In this document: positions 60,983 to 64,000 of the stretch, in pieces
Numbering within the stretch: the stretch's first letter is position 1
How the letters are laid out: every line of letters begins with the position of its first letter
Source: Bdellovibrionales bacterium
Lineage (GTDB): Bacteria > Bdellovibrionota > Bdellovibrionia > Bdellovibrionales > JAUICD01
Direction: 5' to 3'
NCBI GenBank assembly: GCA_965197425.1
Contig: CBDANC010000015.1
Span: 96,001-160,000 of the forward strand
DNA length: 64,000 bases
Made by a program: the position numbers and the translations under genes
Notes under the pieces: model-generated
Databases searched by the model: none
What the model was told of the DNA's origin: nothing
What the model saw: only the letters and a program-made list of their open reading frames with translations

Positions 60983-63900
60983 TTAATGTTTAGCTCTCAG
61001 TGCTTTTGCAGTTATTGCATTGGAAACTGTCGAAAGATCTAAAGGAGCAACACTCCTATCAGAATATTCAGAAACAGTTTTAATTGTATACTGTGCTGCC
61101 TCAGATGAGTCTGCAACAATACCCCTATGAGGTCCTCCAATTCTAATTGAACTATTAGAAAGATTGTTATTGTGATGATAACGGCAGTATCCAACATATG
61201 AATCTATATCGACATCTTCACAAAGTTCCGATACTAAAACCTCCTTGTCAGCGCTAAATACAGGAACGAATTGATTGGTCCCAGAATAGGACATTATAGT
61301 TGAAACTGGAAGATCGCTTAGATACCCTCCATAGCCATAGCCAAACCCAGTAGCATTTGCACCATTAAGTCCAAACGATCCCGGATCTGCCCCAGCGTTC
61401 AACAGTGTATCTACATCATGGTGAAGACCTAAAATATGACCAATTTCATGCGCTAATATACTAGAAGCTGAATAGTAGTTACCACTACTATTACTTGAAA
61501 AGAAATGATCCCTAACCCTTACAACTCCCCTAGAGTTCCATCTGGATAAAGAGTGATGATTAATATAGAACGGATTTATTGTTGCCGCACCACCTCCTGT
61601 GCCAAGAACAACTGAAAAAATTATGTCAGCAGGGTGATCCTTACGAATAATCGGGAGGAACTCCAAAAGTAATGCTTGTTCCCCTTGTCCATATGAAGAG
61701 CCAGCATTAAGCCTTTCATCTTCAAAAAATAAATCATCAAAGGAAGGCAGATCACATAGCAAATACCCTCTATACTCAGAAAAAGGACTCATTACTGAAG
61801 CCCTAAGCTCAACATTTATCCCAGATCTCTGAAATAACCTGTTTGTATTTTCAATAACATTATCTTCAAACTTCTTTCGCCAATCACCAATAGCATTGTT
61901 TACAATAGTATCTGAAAAAATGAATGCAGCATCAATAACATACCTAGTGTTAGGCTCTGCTTTTTCAAACTTTTGTCTTTGCTCATCACCACCAAATATA
62001 TCATCCGACATTGCACCATCAAAGGCTACGTCATCTGGTAAAGAGGCAAATGCTCCAGTTGCATATGTATCACATGTAAAACGATCTACTTCCTCCTGAT
62101 CACCATGCTGCTCATGATAGCGATCATAACTTGATGTAGATGGTCTGTATTCAACATCACAAGAATTGAAAGCATACACAACTCCATAATCTCCATGATA
62201 AAATGTTTTTGTGTCGTCTAAATAGGAATTAACAGAGCTACTATCAGCGATCTTAGCTACATCAGATCTTCTGGCAAAATTGCTGACCACAACATCATAA
62301 ACAACCCACTCAGTAAAAATTTCTCCGAAATGTGTTGCAGGCTCATACGGAGGATTTATAGTAATAACAGTCTTACCACCTAAATGACTTACCGATGCTA
62401 GGTTCAAACCTATAGGTCCGTTTAATCTTACACGATCCTCTCTAGGCCGATATTCCCTTTCAGAAATCTCTATCATCTCTAGAATATCTTCCTTTGTAAT
62501 CTCTCGCCACTGGCCAGAATCAGGTAAATATACAACCTCTGAATCAAAATAAATCTTTATAACTTCTGTTGGATCCCAACTGGACTCAATTAACTCCCTT
62601 CCTCCTCTTGGAGTGAAAGTGTAGACTACCTGAGGAATCCTAATGCAGTCCTTCGAGCCATCATCATTTGTTAGCTCAAAATAGCCAGAAGCATTCTCTT
62701 CACACAAGGTGCTAATATTAGGTGTTGAAAATGAAGAGTATTCTTTGTTTATTAGTGCAAGGTAGTCTTCTGTGTTGGTAGCATCTAAGACTTTCGAGAC
62801 GTTTAAAGAACTGGCATAGTTTTTTACCTTTACTGAATAACTTCCAGCAGGATAGCTTGGTTGAGGAGTTAGGATAAAATATGAGCTTTCCTCCTCAACT
62901 CCTGCTTCCATCTGAAATCTAAATGTACTAGTTAATAGATTTGTGCCTCCTGTGTTTAGTTCGATCATGTTTCTTGCAAAAGCTGCTGTAAGCCCTTCAT
63001 AACGAGAAGAATCTATAAAACTTATTCTTTCATCAAAACTTACCTTTATAGAGTGATCTGAGATTGTAGATGTATCTTCTACGGTGTTTCCTTCTTTATC
63101 AAGGTAAGTAATAGTAGGAGGGTTTATAAGCTTAATACAATCTGTTGTATTATCATCATAAGTTAACTCAAAATAACCAACTTCTTCTCTTCCACAAGGA
63201 GTTTCTATGTTAAAAGGTTGTTCTTGGCTTATTTCAGCTAGATAGCTTTGAATGTTATTACTTGCTAAAATAGCTCCATCATCATCACTTTTTGCATAAT
63301 TACCTACAGACAATACATACTGACCCAGCTCATATCTATTATCATTAGGAGGATTTATAGTAATAACTGTATTTTCGTTAGATTCTGTGACAGATATCTG
63401 ATCTTCACCAATAGGACCATCTACAGTTGCAAGATCAACTCCTGAACTATTAGTAATTGCAATCATTTCTAAGATATTTGGCTTGGTTAGACTGTTGGAT
63501 GTAATACCGTCTGTGTACACTATCTTAGCATCAAACTCCATTCTTATAATAGTGGTAGGATCTCCACTGTGTTCATCAGAAAAACTTTCTTTATCTTGTG
63601 TAAAGGTAAAGCTTAGTTGAGGTAGCTTTATACAACTAGTAGTTAAATTATTATTTGTTAGCTCAAAATAACCAGGTTCATTATTAGTACAAGAAGTTGG
63701 TATTACAGGAGATGTAAAAGAGGATAAGGACTGTGACATAGCATTAATCTTGCTAAGATACTCAGCTCTGTTAGTAGCATTAGCAATCTTGGATATATCA
63801 GCCTTCTTTGCATAATTACTCACACCAACTACATAATCTCCAGCAGGGTAGTTGGTTTCCGGAGTTAAAGTAAAAGAAGTCTCATCACTTGAAATCTCTA

Positions 63901-64000
63901 TGGTAAAACCAAAGCCAACATCTAACAGATCTATATTGCCTAACTTTATATCAACCATCTTAACTACATTCTCGGGAGTTAAGTTTCCATGGTCAGTAGC
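60983..64000 (-). CDS. Large repeat-containing metzincin (reprolysin/M12B-like) metalloprotease; 5' end outside window
   Basis: HEIGHILGLHHD and Met-turn STIMSY; about 165-aa repeats joined by C...GYFELT...CI; frame open to 64000. Confidence 0.85.
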   Translation of the reverse strand, partial: ATDHGNLTPENVVKMVDIKLGNIDLLDVGFGFTIEISSDETSFTLTPETNYPAGDYVVGVSNYAKKADISKIANATNRAEYLSKINAMSQSLSSFTSPVIPTSCTNNEPGYFELTNNNLTTSCIKLPQLSFTFTQDKESFSDEHSGDPTTIIRMEFDAKIVYTDGITSNSLTKPNILEMIAITNSSGVDLATVDGPIGEDQISVTESNENTVITINPPNDNRYELGQYVLSVGNYAKSDDDGAILASNNIQSYLAEISQEQPFNIETPCGREEVGYFELTYDDNTTDCIKLINPPTITYLDKEGNTVEDTSTISDHSIKVSFDERISFIDSSRYEGLTAAFARNMIELNTGGTNLLTSTFRFQMEAGVEEESSYFILTPQPSYPAGSYSVKVKNYASSLNVSKVLDATNTEDYLALINKEYSSFSTPNISTLCEENASGYFELTNDDGSKDCIRIPQVVYTFTPRGGRELIESSWDPTEVIKIYFDSEVVYLPDSGQWREITKEDILEMIEISEREYRPREDRVRLNGPIGLNLASVSHLGGKTVITINPPYEPATHFGEIFTEWVVYDVVVSNFARRSDVAKIADSSSVNSYLDDTKTFYHGDYGVVYAFNSCDVEYRPSTSSYDRYHEQHGDQEEVDRFTCDTYATGAFASLPDDVAFDGAMSDDIFGGDEQRQKFEKAEPNTRYVIDAAFIFSDTIVNNAIGDWRKKFEDNVIENTNRLFQRSGINVELRASVMSPFSEYRGYLLCDLPSFDDLFFEDERLNAGSSYGQGEQALLLEFLPIIRKDHPADIIFSVVLGTGGGAATINPFYINHHSLSRWNSRGVVRVRDHFFSSNSSGNYYSASSILAHEIGHILGLHHDVDTLLNAGADPGSFGLNGANATGFGYGYGGYLSDLPVSTIMSYSGTNQFVPVFSADKEVLVSELCEDVDIDSYVGYCRYHHNNNLSNSSIRIGGPHRGIVADSSEAAQYTIKTVSEYSDRSVAPLDLSTVSNAITAKALRAKH

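Overview
AT-rich bacterial chromosome segment, most consistent with a Bdellovibrionota genome (inferred from an FQNC-type lipobox, an RSIAS motif, PilT and pilins, and GshA). Most of it is housekeeping: oppDF, rsmD, alaS, recX, pgpA, recA, sucA-sucB-lpdA, recG, eno, half-glmU-glmS, gshA, pilT, RNase E/G, rplU-rpmA-obgE-nadD, glpK, nth, thiBPQ, hemA-hemCD-hemL-hemE, ACMSD and amgK-murU. It also carries several beta-barrel OMP paralogs and large surface proteins at the right end. No rRNA, tRNA, CRISPR array, integrase or transposase was recognised. Four things stand out. (1) The 1711-aa Cys-rich ORF is a giant type IV prepilin-like protein (GFTLIE at 55503), and its likely start codon is one base out of frame across a C8 tract. 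(2) A 13-bp palindrome, GTGGAGTATCCAC, recurs inside unrelated coding sequences and is expanded into in-frame minisatellites in obgE and the pilin leader. (3) A family of modular, nested, covarying palindromic intergenic elements occurs at about 7 loci. (4) GlmU lacks its uridyltransferase half.
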